Below, in pieces: positions 1-12,373 of a stretch of DNA of 64,000 nucleotides. Source of the stretch: Hemiscyllium ocellatum. Taxonomy: Eukaryota. The number at the start of each line of letters is the position of its first letter. Positions within the stretch are counted from its first letter, which is position 1. The notes under the pieces are model-generated. The model ran no database searches, had not been told where the DNA came from, and saw only the letters and a list, made by a program, of their open reading frames with translations. The stretch is taken from positions 248,001 through 312,000 of the forward strand of contig NW_026867526.1 of the NCBI RefSeq assembly GCF_020745735.1, in the 5' to 3' direction. The position numbers were made by a program, and so were the translations under genes.

Positions 1-1187
1 GAACAAGAAAAGAGTTCTGATGCTTTGGAAAATGCACAATGATTGACCGAGATGTCCCCAATGGAAATGGACTGGTCAGATGGTGACAGACAGTTAACAG
101 CTAAACATTGTTAAGTTTTCAATTGGTAGGTTGCCTTTGTGGTCAAGGTATTGCCCTGCCAAATGAGTCCGAGAATGGCCATCACCAATTTAGTCGAATC
201 ACAACAAGCATTGGCTGTTAACTGCCAATCATCACCTGGTCCATTCTCCATGCCTTTACCAATCAGCACTCATTACCCAGACAGATTAAATGCTTTCTCC
301 CTTCCCATTGGTATTCTTGAGAGTGTCCTGATAAGTACAATACTAAAGACCGAAATAAAAAAAACCTTTATTTCCATCAATACTCAAATGTCCATGCTGT
401 CCCAGCTGGCAGAGGTGAAACTTCACTATAATGTATCAGGCCGACAATGAACTGGTAAAGTTCTGCACTGGTCTCAGAGGGAAACCAGCAACAATGTCCT
501 TGTGGAGACATTACTTTACCTTTGATCCTATACAGCAACAATTTCAAAGTCATTGAGGAACAGAAATAAATAGAAACAAACCACATGCACATGCACACAG
601 CACACTATTATGTAAAGTAATAGAGAGAAATGCTGCACCAGCAGGAAAACTAATTGTTATTCTGAATAGTGAAGATGGCACCAAAAGCACCCTTGTGATA
701 ATGACATTGGTTAGCAGCAGTTGAAGAGTTGCTCATTCTGTTCTGGGCCCCGCTCAGTTCCTACACCAGTATGTGACCATAGATTCAGATTGTTTTTAAA
801 GGCAGCTATCAATATGCAGTTGCACAGTGGCAGGAGTACGGCTATCCTATGGACAGCACTGAAGAGATCTCACACACATTGGCTCTTTAATAACGAAATG
901 GAGCAAACCTCAGAGATAGGGAAATGTAAATAAATGAACCATTAACAAGATTTCATCCAATTCGATAGTAACTGATACCTGATTATCAAATTCAGCTGCC
1001 ACTTGAAAGGATGCAAGAAGCCCCAAAAGGAGATACTCCACATTTCACTTGAGTCTGTGTCACATTATCGCAAGAGAGCTTTGTAGTTGCCTTCTAGCAG
1101 ACATTATTTTTATCCATAAACCACATCGGCTTGACAGAGAAGCATTGGTTGCGATCACAGATCAGAACCGAATAGTGCAGAACCACA

Positions 1188-1451
1188 CCATAACTCATCT
1201 CGAGAAGCTGTGTCAATGGGTGCTTGGGTTTGCAGTGCCTCTGTGTTCTGAGCTTCGGCCCCAATCTCTCTCTGTTCCCTAGTTTTTCTGATAAGTTGCG
1301 GTTCCAGTCAGTTTGTATTTCATCATTGTCCCAGATTATAGAGGTTTCAGTATCAGTGAGTTCACCAATATAGCGCGTTGGGTAAATCAGCAGTGGCCCT
1401 ACTGAAAAGGCTTTTAAATCCTGAGGCTCATAGAACAGCATATAGTTATCC
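1188..1451 (-). pseudogene. COLGALT: Terminal exon of a COLGALT1/2-like procollagen galactosyltransferase, disabled
   Basis: After a taatag acceptor (AG at 1453-1452) the exon reads DNYMLFYEPQDLKAFSVGPLLIYPTRYIGELTDTETSIIWDNDEIQTDWNRNLSEKL, matching the COLGALT C-terminus (AFSVEPLLIYPTHYTG...SDTETS..W). There is a 3-codon deletion near 1360. After a 1-nt loss at the GGG run (1277-1279) the shifted frame reads EQREIGAEAQNTEALQTQAPIDTASRDEL. RDEL (1202-1191) is followed by TGG rather than a stop. Paralogue (1 vs 2) not resolved. Confidence 0.93.
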
Positions 1452-3494
1452 CTATTAATTGACCTAATAACAATTAACAACATTATATTTGATCTGCTTT
1501 ATTTCCCATTACTGACTGCAATGAAGTTACTTCATGGGATACAGAAACTCACCAATGTGAGTAAAATCCTCTTAAACTTTGGGCAAAATCCAGGCTATTG
1601 ACTTAAGAGAATAAACTCCATACAATAATGCAACAAAGAAAAGCAAATTGAAGTCAAATGATGCACAGGTTTGATGAAGAGCAAAATCCCCTCTACCCCA
1701 GCAGGAAGGCAAGTAGAAAAGTTGTGCATTTATATAACATCTTAATGCAATCTCACAGTATCCTAAACATCTCTTTCCAGATCTCTGAAACAAGTGCAGA
1801 ACCCCTGGGGCTACTGTCAACTACATGCTATCAAACCCAGGGAATCAGAGATGGAAATGTCAGCATGTGCACATGTAACAGTTTAAAATGTGTGTTTAAT
1901 ACCTCCGCTCGAGTAACTCGCAAAATTGTTTTGCGGTATGAACAATAAATGGGAACAGGTCACTTGGCCCTTCGAGCCTGCTCCCCTATTCAATAAGATC
2001 CTGACTAACCAGATTTTAACAAGCTTATAAAACTTTCAGCTGACAACATCTCACTTTAGCTTCTCTTATTCTATCATTTTAGTATATTCCACTACATATC
2101 TATTCTAATCTGGAGAATAATTCTCCTGCTGTTAAGCACTGATCCACACTGTACTGCTCTCCTCATGCACTGTTCTTTTCCTCAGCCTATTCTTTAGACA
2201 AGATAAAATAGATTGGAACAGACTCCACTGTTTGCTGGTACTTGACACAATGAGAACTATTGAAATATTTCAATACACTCCTTTGGTGGAAAATATAATT
2301 TGCTTTGATACTTTAAAACTGGTTCAATTTATTTTATATTTGCATTGAATGGTATATTAGTTTGACCCAGATGTTAGTACAAAGTTAAATATTACAGCAC
2401 TGAGCTTTGTCTCATTCTCATTTGATGGAAGTTGGGAAGGAGTGTTTTCTTACAGCAGAGAGTGAAACATGAACAACCAAGTTGAGTAACAATACATGCA
2501 GGTTCTGACAAAGTCAATTTTCAATCAGAGATGTTCTTTACAACAACTGAAGTACTTTTGATCATGTAGTCACATGTCAGAAATGTGATATCTAATTTGT
2601 GTACCATGAGAAAAGCAGGAAGGAGATGATGACCAGATCATCTGCTCATCGGGATTGAGCGATAAGTACTGGCTGGGACACCAGGTATAATCTCCTCACT
2701 TTAATTCAAAATAATAAGGGTCCCTTTAGAGGGCAGAGTGGCTTTGGTTTAATGCCTCATATACATCTGATGCGTAGGATTATCTCAGGACTGCACTGTT
2801 GTGGCAGCATCAATTAGTCTGTTCTAAACCCGATGGTAGGTCTTGAACCCTCCAACTCAAAGATCAGCACACTACTCAGTGACACCTGAGCAACACCCAA
2901 TACTCTGACAGGCGGCTTATTATTTACATCCCCAGAAATTAATGAAGCAATTAAGGGAAATTGCATTGATTCTGTATGAGATGCACAACAGGCCTCTTAT
3001 GGTGGAATGATAGTCTCCCTACCCCTAGATCAGTCGGCTTAAGTTCCTAGATTAGACCTAGTAGGTTTAAATTCCTGTCCTGCCTATTCCAGAGGCATGT
3101 CATACATTGCTGAACATTTTAATGTGAAAAAGGAAAGCTTCTTCAACCAATGGGCTGTTGTCATTTGGAAAGTGCTAATTAGGAATCAGCAGTTTGAGTC
3201 ACCTTTGCTGATTCTCTGTGTGTTATACGGGAGTCAGTAATTTCTATCAGTGTCCACCGTTACAGCTACAAAAAGTCCTCTAAAATCTCTCCTCAATGGG
3301 TCATTCTTCCCTTTTGAATATGGGCAGTGAGCACTCAGCCCTCTCTCTTCCTTAGCAACAAATGGCTACCTTGCTTCCAGCCTGCTGTCAGCAAGAGGTT
3401 AACTTGCACTGTCAAAGTGTGGCAATACTGAGAATAACCCTCCCCATATTGACCCAGGCTAAGATCACAAGATGCAGCACAAGTCAGTGTTTAT

Positions 3495-3815
3495 ATCCAG
3501 AATTAGATAACCAGGAAGGATGTTCTCCACGGCTGGGGAGTCCAGAACCAGGGTCACGGTCTACAGATACTGGCTCGGGCATTTTGGACTGAGATGAGGA
3601 AACCTTTCTTCACCCTGACAGTGGTGACTCTTTAGAATTCACAGGAATAGAAATTGATTGAGTCCAAAACATAATAGTTTTTTTTCTGGCTAAAGAGATC
3701 AAAGCTTATCAAAAGAATAATGGAACAGGGTACTGAGTTGGATAATCAGCCATTGTCATTTTGAACAGCAGCGCATGCTTAAGGGGCTGAATGGCTTACT
3801 GCTCCACTTATTTCT
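3495..3815 (+). mobile_element. CR1 LINE 3' fragment
   Basis: CR1-type 3' end (agaaccagggtcac...gagatgagga...ttcttcac...ggggctgaatggcttactgctcc), degraded; boundaries approximate. Confidence 0.8.
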
Positions 3816-3939
3816 GTGACCATTCTGTGGCTTAAAGAGATGTGTTTTGTTCAAAAGCTATTTTGATAGGAAAACAAAAAAGAATGTGTGACTGGCTACA
3901 ACACAGAGTGATGAAACAATTTCAGATGATTGTGAATTG

Positions 3940-4170
3940 GACATTCCTCAAATTAAATTGAACAATTAGGAAGTTCTGGAAAACTGGGATAAACTGCTGA
4001 GTTACCTTCCGGATGAAAATCGAAATGACCTGAAAGAGTTACTATAATCACATGGGGAGATATGTGGGAATAACCTGGGAATTACTAATCTCACTGCACA
4101 TAATATTGATTGAGGAAATGCTGTTCCAATCAAGCAACATCCTATAGATTTAACCTTTGAAGGTTGGCAC
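3940..4170 (+). mobile_element. Gypsy/Ty3 pol fragment
   Basis: Translates with stops as YLPDENRNDLKELL.SHGEICGNNLGITNLTAHNID.GNAVPIKQHP, the segment just before the RT in Gypsy pol. Confidence 0.75.
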
Positions 4171-4784
4171 AGGTTCAGAAAGAGACTGAACACATGTTGA
4201 AGCATAACATGTTCATACATTGGATCAAACTTCCTTTTTGACTGTCACTTTCTTTACTCGTGAACTTAAATTGTCAACTTCCTCTGATTGCAGATTGAAG
4301 ATATCATGAGGATTCTGAACATTATAAATAAGACAGTGGCATGCAAAATAAAGAAATTATGACAAATAGTTATAAACATGCTTTTCCCTCATGTCTGGTC
4401 TTTATGCAGCACGCTTCAGGAAGGGATTTGAGAACGTGCACAAAAGGTACACAAAAATGGTACCAGAGATGAGCAACTGGAGAACTATGTGGATAGTTTG
4501 AGAACAGAAGATGAAGAATTCATTTTAAAAGTGTTCAAAATCATGAGGGATTTGGATAGAGTAGCGTAAAAGAGTAGGAGAATGCATTTGGATTGGAGGG
4601 TTGGTGTGGATTTGTTGGGCCAAGTGGCCTGTTTCCATACCGTGCGGATTATATTTTAAAAAAGGCTTGAGAAGAAAAGGATCAGTGGATTTAACTTGAT
4701 CAGCAAAAAAAAAGAAAACAACGGTTACAAGGAAAACTGTTTTTAAAAAGCATTGCTTGGAAACTGGAATGTTCTGCCTGATAG

Positions 4785-4989
4785 CTGCAAATGTGTTGCT
4801 GGTCAAAGCACAGCAGGCCAGGCAGCATCTCAGGAATAGAGAATTCGACGTTTCGAGCATAGGCCCTTGAAGGGCTTATGCTCGAAACGTCGAATTCTTT
4901 ATTCCTGAGATGCTGCCTGGCCTGCTGTGCTTTGACCAGCAACACATTTGCAGCTGTGATCTCCAGCATCTGCAGACCTCACTTTTTAC
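4785..4989 (+). mobile_element. Palindromic Penelope-derived mini-element with 15-bp TSD
   Basis: Inverted arms of about 85 bp centred at 4869 (ccctt-g-aaggg). The right arm continues as the PLE tail ctccagcatctgcagacctcactttttac. Flanked by tgttctgcctgatag at 4770-4784 and 4990-5004. Confidence 0.85.
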
Positions 4990-7664
4990 TGTTCTGCCTG
5001 ATAGTTTAGTGGTGGAGGCAGCTTCAACTGAGGTCTTCAAAAGGAATCTACAATTTTCATAAGGAGAGGTTTTGCAGTATCACATAGTAAAAGGACTTGG
5101 GAGTGAACATAGGCAAGTTCCTCTTTGAGAGCTGATCAAATCATTGCCTCCGAGTTGTTACCATTGATCGTTGTATAACATTGCATAAACTACCAGCTCA
5201 CCAGTTATTTCCTAATGGTTTGTCATATCCTGATATAATGACTAACTTAGTCATGCATGCAACTAAGCTTACTTTGTAATTACTTCACTTGATCCAGGAG
5301 AATCTGCATTCCCATTTTCCTCACTGTTTGCACTGACAATGTTTCCAGAACTGCAATTCATCAAAGAGCACAAATTAACTCATTTAACATCAGTAAACTT
5401 ATTCAGAATTAAGTCCAAAGCAATTTAACAAAAAAGAAATCACAGACTTGAGATTCAATATTCCAAGCCTGGTCGACTAGTTTTCCTAAGTTAGTCAATG
5501 ACTGCAATTTTAATAAATCGCATTATTTTGCCATAGTGATAATAAAAGAACAGAGATATCCATGCAAAGTCAGAATCAGGTGGAACAGACCTTTAGCTGA
5601 TTATTGTTCTGTTCAGAAATAGAGATTATAGACAGGAAAGGTCCTTTCAGTGTAAGTCTAATGAGTTGCTGCAGTTCATTCCGTACAGTGTAAGTGCTAG
5701 GTAGCCCAACATCGTAGCTCAGTGATGGTGAAGGGAGTGGAAATTAGGTACGTTAGTTCTTTTGCCAGTCAATCAAACTGCTCTCTCTTTGATCATATTG
5801 AGCTTCTTGACTATTGTTGCAATTAAACAAATCACCAGGTGAGCAGTGAGGATTCCAATGCTCCCAATTTTAGCCTTGCAATGGTGAAGTTAATGAGGGG
5901 GTAATGACAAAGCAGTATACCTTGTATCCCAGTCTTGTAATCTTGCTAATGTAACTAGTTGTTGCTGTCTTCACCACCCATCCCCCTGGAGTGTGTTGAC
6001 AATGCTGTCCTATGATCTAAAAAATGCTGCTGGGATTTTATTTGTTTTCAAGATGCCTCATGAACCATCTTGGTCGTGTTGGTATGGGATTCTTTTGACT
6101 TCCACAGGATGTCTACAGTACACCACAATGAGGGAATGCAGGGGTTGGGGTGTGGAAGAGACAGCACAGAGCGAAAGAAAGAGAAAACCATTTCTTCAGT
6201 ATGTCAGAGTACGTCATCCTTGTTTAAAGCCATTTCTGGGCTATGCAAGACCTTTATACTGAAAGACAGGCAAAATTCAACGGACCATTGAAAAACTTTG
6301 GATGTTTTATGCTGATTTAAGATTGGTCTCTCAAAATAAGCCAAGCATTTCTGAACCAGTCAAGCAGTTGTTTTCTGTAATTGTTCTCATCTGTGTTTGT
6401 GTTCACCACGCTGCTGTGGGATGCCTTCGTGAGGCAATCCTGACATAATCTGACAACAACTGCCAGCACTTCCCTTTCTCATTATTGGATCCCTAATATA
6501 GCAGATTTAATCTGATATTAGACCAAACTTACTTGCCAATGTGTTCCCTTTAGTTTCTGACAAACTTAGATTTCCACTTAATTCACAGTGTGAGGTGTCA
6601 ACATTTTCACAGCCGCAACTGGTTATAAAATATCAGTTAAATCATTTTAAATATGTGCATGATCACAAAGTTAATATTTGGCACTTCTTATCAACATCGA
6701 GAGTTTTGGCTGTGAGGGCAGGAGCTGGTGGGTGGGGAGTAAATAGGTCAAATAAAGACTTGTCTGCACTGGGACAGAGGGGAAATATCCCAAATGCAAG
6801 GATTCAAGTTTAACTTCCTTATCTCGGAACAAGAAACTCAAGGTCTTTATACACGATTGCTAATTTAACCCTTACAAGCACAATTTGTAACTCAATGTTT
6901 GATTCAGAATCCGAACATAGTAATTTCTCATTATTCAAATTTACTGAAGGTTCATGTCATATTAGTCAGTATTGGCTGTTTTGTTGAAAAGAGAATTTTA
7001 TTCCTTTTCCTTTCCTGCTCCTTCATCCATTCGCAGTTTACTGAAAGATCTGACCATAATAAACCCAGGAATAATTACAGGTCTCTGACCCAGAGCAGTG
7101 TAATCACCTCAGTATTTAGACTTCTGTTAATTGATGACATCAGTGAAACGGTGTGGATGTGATGCTGCCTGTATTGAATTTGCCATGAAAACACTTTATA
7201 AGCTTGATTCAAACAAATACCTATTACTAGGGAATGTGCCTGACTCCGTGGATACACATGACCTCTGGCCAACTTAAATTATAAAAAGTGCAAAGCATTC
7301 AATAGCGACATTGTATGGGAGATAGACCAAGGCAAGGAGACCAGGAGCCGATCCTAATCCATAGCCATATTTCTTCAAATATGTAGGCATATTTCATCAA
7401 ATGTCACCAGACTCTGGAGACCCATGGCAATGATTTTGGAGGGAGTGAAGAATGGGGGGTGGGCAGGAAGAGGCTTGAATGTTCCCAACCCTTGTGCTTG
7501 AGCTTGTGATAAGAATAAGCAAAAAATAGTATAAAGAGAATATGTGAAACTTGTTCAGGGCCCTTATATAAGACATTTTTGCCAAATCTATTAGCCCCCT
7601 GTAGAGGTTACAATAAAGCTTTGTCTATGCTCTTGCTAGCATTTGAGTCGAGTCAATTTAACTT

Positions 7665-7805
7665 CCATGACACCAGCTACTTGACACCTGCTGAGATATA
7701 ACATAGGCCAGTGTCCAATAGGAATAATCTACTTCCAATAGGTTCCTAATGCCAGGCACGGACTTCTGTAGATGTTCTACTTGCATCCACTTTCGACTAA
7801 TGTGC
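7665..7805 (-). pseudogene. COLGALT: Penultimate exon remnant of the same COLGALT-like gene
   Basis: After a cctcag acceptor (AG at 7807-7806) it reads [39 protein letters not shown], versus [39 protein letters not shown] recalled for COLGALT1. A 1-nt deletion follows near 7687, then TAG at 7679-7677 in the restored frame. Homology is lost near 7665, so the LPVDEFLP segment and splice donor are absent. Confidence 0.92.
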
Positions 7806-7889
7806 CTGAGGTCACAGCAATGGAAAATGTGAGTGATGTTGTGGGAAAGGAGAACGTGATATAGGTTAATTATAGCTCAAGGTCCTAAA

Positions 7890-8400
7890 CCATAAGAAAT
7901 AGGAATAGGAACAGACCATTTGGCTCATTAAGCCTGCTCCATCGTTCGTTAGGATCATTGCTGATACGACATTCCACACTATTTACTTTTCTGTATTTTC
8001 CTATTACCTCAATTCTCCTACTGCTCAAGAATTTATCTCAGCCTTAAATATAGACAGGGATGTTACTCCCACAGCTCTATGTAATGAGGAGTTCCAAAGA
8101 CTCTCAAACCTAGGAACAAATTCCTCTTCATCTCAGTCTTAAATTGTCAACCCTTCATTATGAGACCATTCCCTCTGGTCCTCGACTCTCCCGTGAGGGA
8201 TAATATCCTCTCAGCATTTACCCTGTCAAGTCCCTTAAGAACCCTATATGTTGCAATGAGATCATATCGCATTCTTCTAAATTCTCAGCCTGTTTAGCCT
8301 TTACCTCTTGATCAGGGATCACCCACATCAATGTTCTGGAACTGCCTCCAATGAAATAATAGCTTTCCTTAAATATTGGGTCCAAAACTACTCACATGCA
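7890..8400 (-). mobile_element. CR1 LINE 3' fragment, antisense
   Basis: Reverse complement of a CR1 3' end (cataagaaataggaataggaacagaccatt...ctctggtcctcgactctccc...catcttagt). Confidence 0.8.
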
Positions 8401-8439
8401 ACTGTGAAGATGCTAAAAGAGGGAGAGATGTGCACTTAG

Positions 8440-11010
8440 TCAAGGATGGTGGCAGAAAGGACATTTGAGGACTCAACTACTGAGGTAGCACGAGCTGAGG
8501 TAAGCAACAGTAAAGGAGAAAGCACTCTGCTGGGAGTTTTCTCTCGGCCTCCGAATAGTTCCAGTGATGTAGAGGAAAGGATCCCAACGATAATTCTGGA
8601 TAGCAGCAAGAGTAACAAGATTATTGTTACGGGGGATTTTAACTTTAAAAATATTGACTGGAAATACAATAGCTCGAGTACTTTAGATGGGTCAGTTTTT
8701 GTCCAATGTATACAGGATGGTTTCCTGACACAGTATGTAGACAAGCCAACAAGGGGCGAGACCACATTGGATTTTGTACTGGGTAAGGAACCCAGCCAGG
8801 TATTAGATTTGGAGGTAGGTGAGCACTTTGGTGACAGTGACCACAATTCGAGTTATGTTTACTTTAGTGATGGAAAGGGATAGGTATATGCGGCAGTGTA
8901 AGAGTTATTGCTGGAGGACAGGCAATTATGATGCGACTAGGCAAGATTTAGGATGCATAGGATAGGGAAGGAAACTGCAGGGGTTGGGCACAGTTGAAAT
9001 GTGAAGCTTTTTCAAGGAACAGCTACTGTGTGTCCTTGATCAGCATGTGCCTGTCAGGCAGGGAGGAAATTGTCGAGCGATAGAGCTATAGTTTTCTAAA
9101 AAGTTTGAATCTCGTGTCAAGAAGAAGAAAAAGGCTTCTATTAGGATGAGACACTTTAGGGCACTTTAGATTTACAAGTCAGCCAGAAAAGACCTAAAGA
9201 GAAGGCTAAGAACCACCAGTGTCCTCTAAAGCGTTCTATGGGTGTATCAGGAATAAAAGAATGACTGGAGAAAGATTAAGGCCAATCAAGAACCGGAGTT
9301 GGAAGTTGTGGGTGGAGTTTGAAGAGGTAGGGGAATTGCTAAATGAATATCTTTCATCAGTATTCACACTGGAAAAAGACAATATTGTCGAGGAGAATAC
9401 TGAGAAACAGGCTACTAGATGGAATTCAGTTCACAAAGAGGAGGTGTGAGCAATTTTGGAAAGTGTGAAAATAGATGAGTCACCTCGGTCGGATGGGATT
9501 TATTCCAGGATTCTCTGGGAAGGCAGAGTGGAGATTGCAGAGCCTTTGGTTTTGATCTTTGTGTTGTCATTGTCTACAGGAATAGTGCCAGAAGACTGGA
9601 GGACAACTCCCTCTTGTTCAAGAAGGGGAATAGAGTCAACCCCAGTAATTATAGATCAGTGAGCCTTACTTCAGTTGTGGGTAAAGTGTCCGAAAAAGTC
9701 ATAAGAGAAAGGATTTATAATTACCTAGAGAGGAATAAGTTGATTAGGGGTAGACAACACGGTTTTGTGATGGGGAGATTGTGCCTCACAAATCTTCTTG
9801 AGTGCTTTAAGATGGTGACCAAACAGGTGGATCAGGGTAAGGTGGTTGATGTGGTTTTCAGTAAGGCGTTTGATACAGATCCTCATGGTATGCTATTGCA
9901 GAAAATAGCGAGGCACGGAATCGAGGGAAATTTAATGGTTTGTATCAGAAGTTGGCTAGCTGAAAGACTGAAAATTGACTAGCTGAAAAGTGTTGGTTGA
10001 TGGGAAAGGTTCATCCTGGAGTTCAATTACCAGTGGTGTAACGCAAGGATCTGTTTTGCCGCCACTGCTGTTTGTCACTTTTATAAATGACCTAGATGAA
10101 GGTGTAGAAGGATAGGTTAGTAAATTTATGGATGACACTAAGGTCAATGGGGTTGTGGACAGTGCCAAAGGATGTTGCAGGTTACAGAGGGACATACGTA
10201 AGCTGCAGAGCTGGGCTGAGGTGGCATATTGAGCTTAATGCAAAAACGTGAGGTGATTCACTTTGGAAGGAACAACAGGAAAACAGAGTACTGGGCTAAT
10301 GGTAAGATTCTTGGTAGTGTAGCTGAGCAGATAGATCTCGGTGTCCATGTACATGGATCCCTGAAAGTTGGCACCCAGGTTGATAGGGTTGTTAAGTTGG
10401 CACTCAGTGTGTTAGCTTTAATTGGTAGAGGGATGGAGTTTCAGAGTCATGAGGTTGTGCTGCAGTGGTACAAAACTCTAGTGCGGCTGCACTTCGAGTA
10501 TTACTTACAGTTCTGGTCACCGCATTATAGGAAGGACGTGGAAATTTTGGAAAGGATGCAGAGAAACTTTGCTAGGATGTTGCTTGTTATGGAGGGAAGG
10601 TCTTAAGAGGAAAGGCTGAAGTACTTGAGCTGTTTTCATTAGAGAGAAGGTTGAGAGGTGACTTAATTGAGACATACAAGATAATCAGAGGGTTAGATAG
10701 AGTGTACAGTGAGAGTTTTTCTTCTCAGATCGTGATGGCTGGCACAAGGGGAAATAGCTTTAAATTGGGGGTGATAGATATAGGACAGATGTCTGAGATA
10801 GTTTCTTTACTCAGAGAGGAGTAGGGGCGTAGAACACACTGCTTACAATAGGAGTAGACTTGCCAACCTTTAGGGCGTTAGAATGGTCATTGGATAACCA
10901 TCTGGATGAAAATGGAATAGTGCAGGATAGATGGACTTCAGATTAGTTCCACAGGTCAGTGCAACATCAAGGGCCGAAGGGCCTGTACTGCACCATAATG
11001 TTCTATGTTC
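8440..11010 (+). mobile_element. Degraded CR1 LINE ORF2 (APE endonuclease + RT) with 3' tail
   Basis: ORFs 8446-8883 (GVFSRPPNS, GDFNF, LDFVLG, GDSDHN), 9614-9982 (NYRSVSLTSVVGKV, QHGF, FSKAFD) and 10229-10606; tail gggccgaagggcctgtactgcacc...gttctatgttc. Many stops and frameshifts. Confidence 0.95.
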
Positions 11011-11614
11011 AATCTAAAGGTGTGGAGACATCACTTATTTGCATTCTGAGAGTGGACTTCACAATCAGCATGGATGTGGAGAGCATCGTGGAAGACCACC
11101 CCAGGTGACCAGCAGGAGGAAGTGCATCGAACTGGAGGAGCTGAGACATTTCTCATTTGCATTCTGGAAGTGGACTGTACGGTGTCACATCAAATAAACA
11201 AACAAAACATTGGACTTGGATTCTGCCAAAAAACGGAAGCAAAATCCACTCTTGTGTGCAAATACTAATAGGTAGATATATTTGAGAAACTGCCTCATTT
11301 ATGTAACTATTAGTATTGCATATATAAGAGAAGTCTTTGGGTATTTGGACAGGTCAAAGTCCAATGTTTTGTTTGCTTATTTGATATGCAACTGTATAGA
11401 ACTGAACCGCACTTGTGCCAATGTATTTATAAAGACATTATGAGATTTCTTATGAATAAATTTATTTTTGAAATTAAAAAAACTATTTTGGGAGTGGACT
11501 TTGCAGAGCATCGTGGACCAACCTGGTGTTAAGGAATGGTCAGCCCCCTTCCTCCTCTAACTAAAAGACAAAAGAGCAAGGTTCAGAAGAGAGGAGACAG
11601 AGAGAGAGAACATC

Positions 11615-12371
11615 AGGAGAGTATTGATGGGACCGCATCAAGCCATCAACAATTGCAGACTGTTGGTACAATAGCTTGTGTATTGGGAGCTGTGCCAGTG
11701 AAGTGGACACCCGTTCAGAACAAAGCATAACCACTGAAATCACTGCAAACTGCAGACACCTGGGTTTAGGAGACTTTGCAGAGACAGAGATTGATGCTTG
11801 GGTGAACTCTGACAATGAAATTGAAACAGAGACATTCTCCGATGATCAAATAGTCAACGTAGTCACAGAGGAACAGCAGGACTGTATGAATGGTGTGGAT
11901 AGTAAGGAAATTCTGATACCGGCACCACCTCCAGTTAATGAAGCTATTGACAGTTTGCGACTTTTCATGGAGTGGTATGAAACACAAGATGAAGTTGATG
12001 CTGTTAAATTGATGCATCTTCGTCACATGTTATTGTTTGGAAACAAAAAAGAGACAGCACTTCCTCAAACAACAGCCGCTGGATAATTTCTTCGGAAATA
12101 ATAAATAACCTCCACCTCAATGATTTTTTTTAATTGTACAAGTACATAAAAAGTGATCTGAGTTGTAAAATGTCATGAATTTTTAAGCAATATGCAGTGT
12201 TTGTGAAGATTTTAGTGATCAAATGAAATAAACACACTGTTAGCATGCTTTTTAATGCAATTATGGGCGATGCAGCTTCAATTGTTTAACGTCAAATCAA
12301 TTTACCGAATGATCAATTACCTGAATGAAAACCTGCTCGCCCAAGGACTTTGGATAATCGAGGTTCCACTG
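11615..12371 (+). mobile_element. Tigger/pogo-like DNA transposon 3' fragment
   Basis: C-terminal transposase-like text (WD.IKPSTIADCW; EIDAWVNSD...FSDDQIV...VNEAIDSLRLF). Ends in the TIR ataatcgaggttccactg followed by TA at 12372-12373. Confidence 0.8.
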
Positions 12372-12373
12372 TA

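Noticed and set aside
367-372. AATAAA on the minus strand as the COLGALT poly(A) signal
   Set aside because: Position is plausible (about 820 nt after the old stop) but the hexamer is common in AT-rich DNA; unsupported without transcripts.
5290-5370. Minus-strand text LETLSVQTVRKMGMQILL resembling a COLGALT mid-gene exon
   Set aside because: Weak similarity, wrong splice phase, and it lies between the last two exons, out of gene order.
6530-7130. Exon-like segments with good splice signals (6533-6620 minus; 7037-7080 plus)
   Set aside because: Short, with no recognisable product or neighbouring exons.
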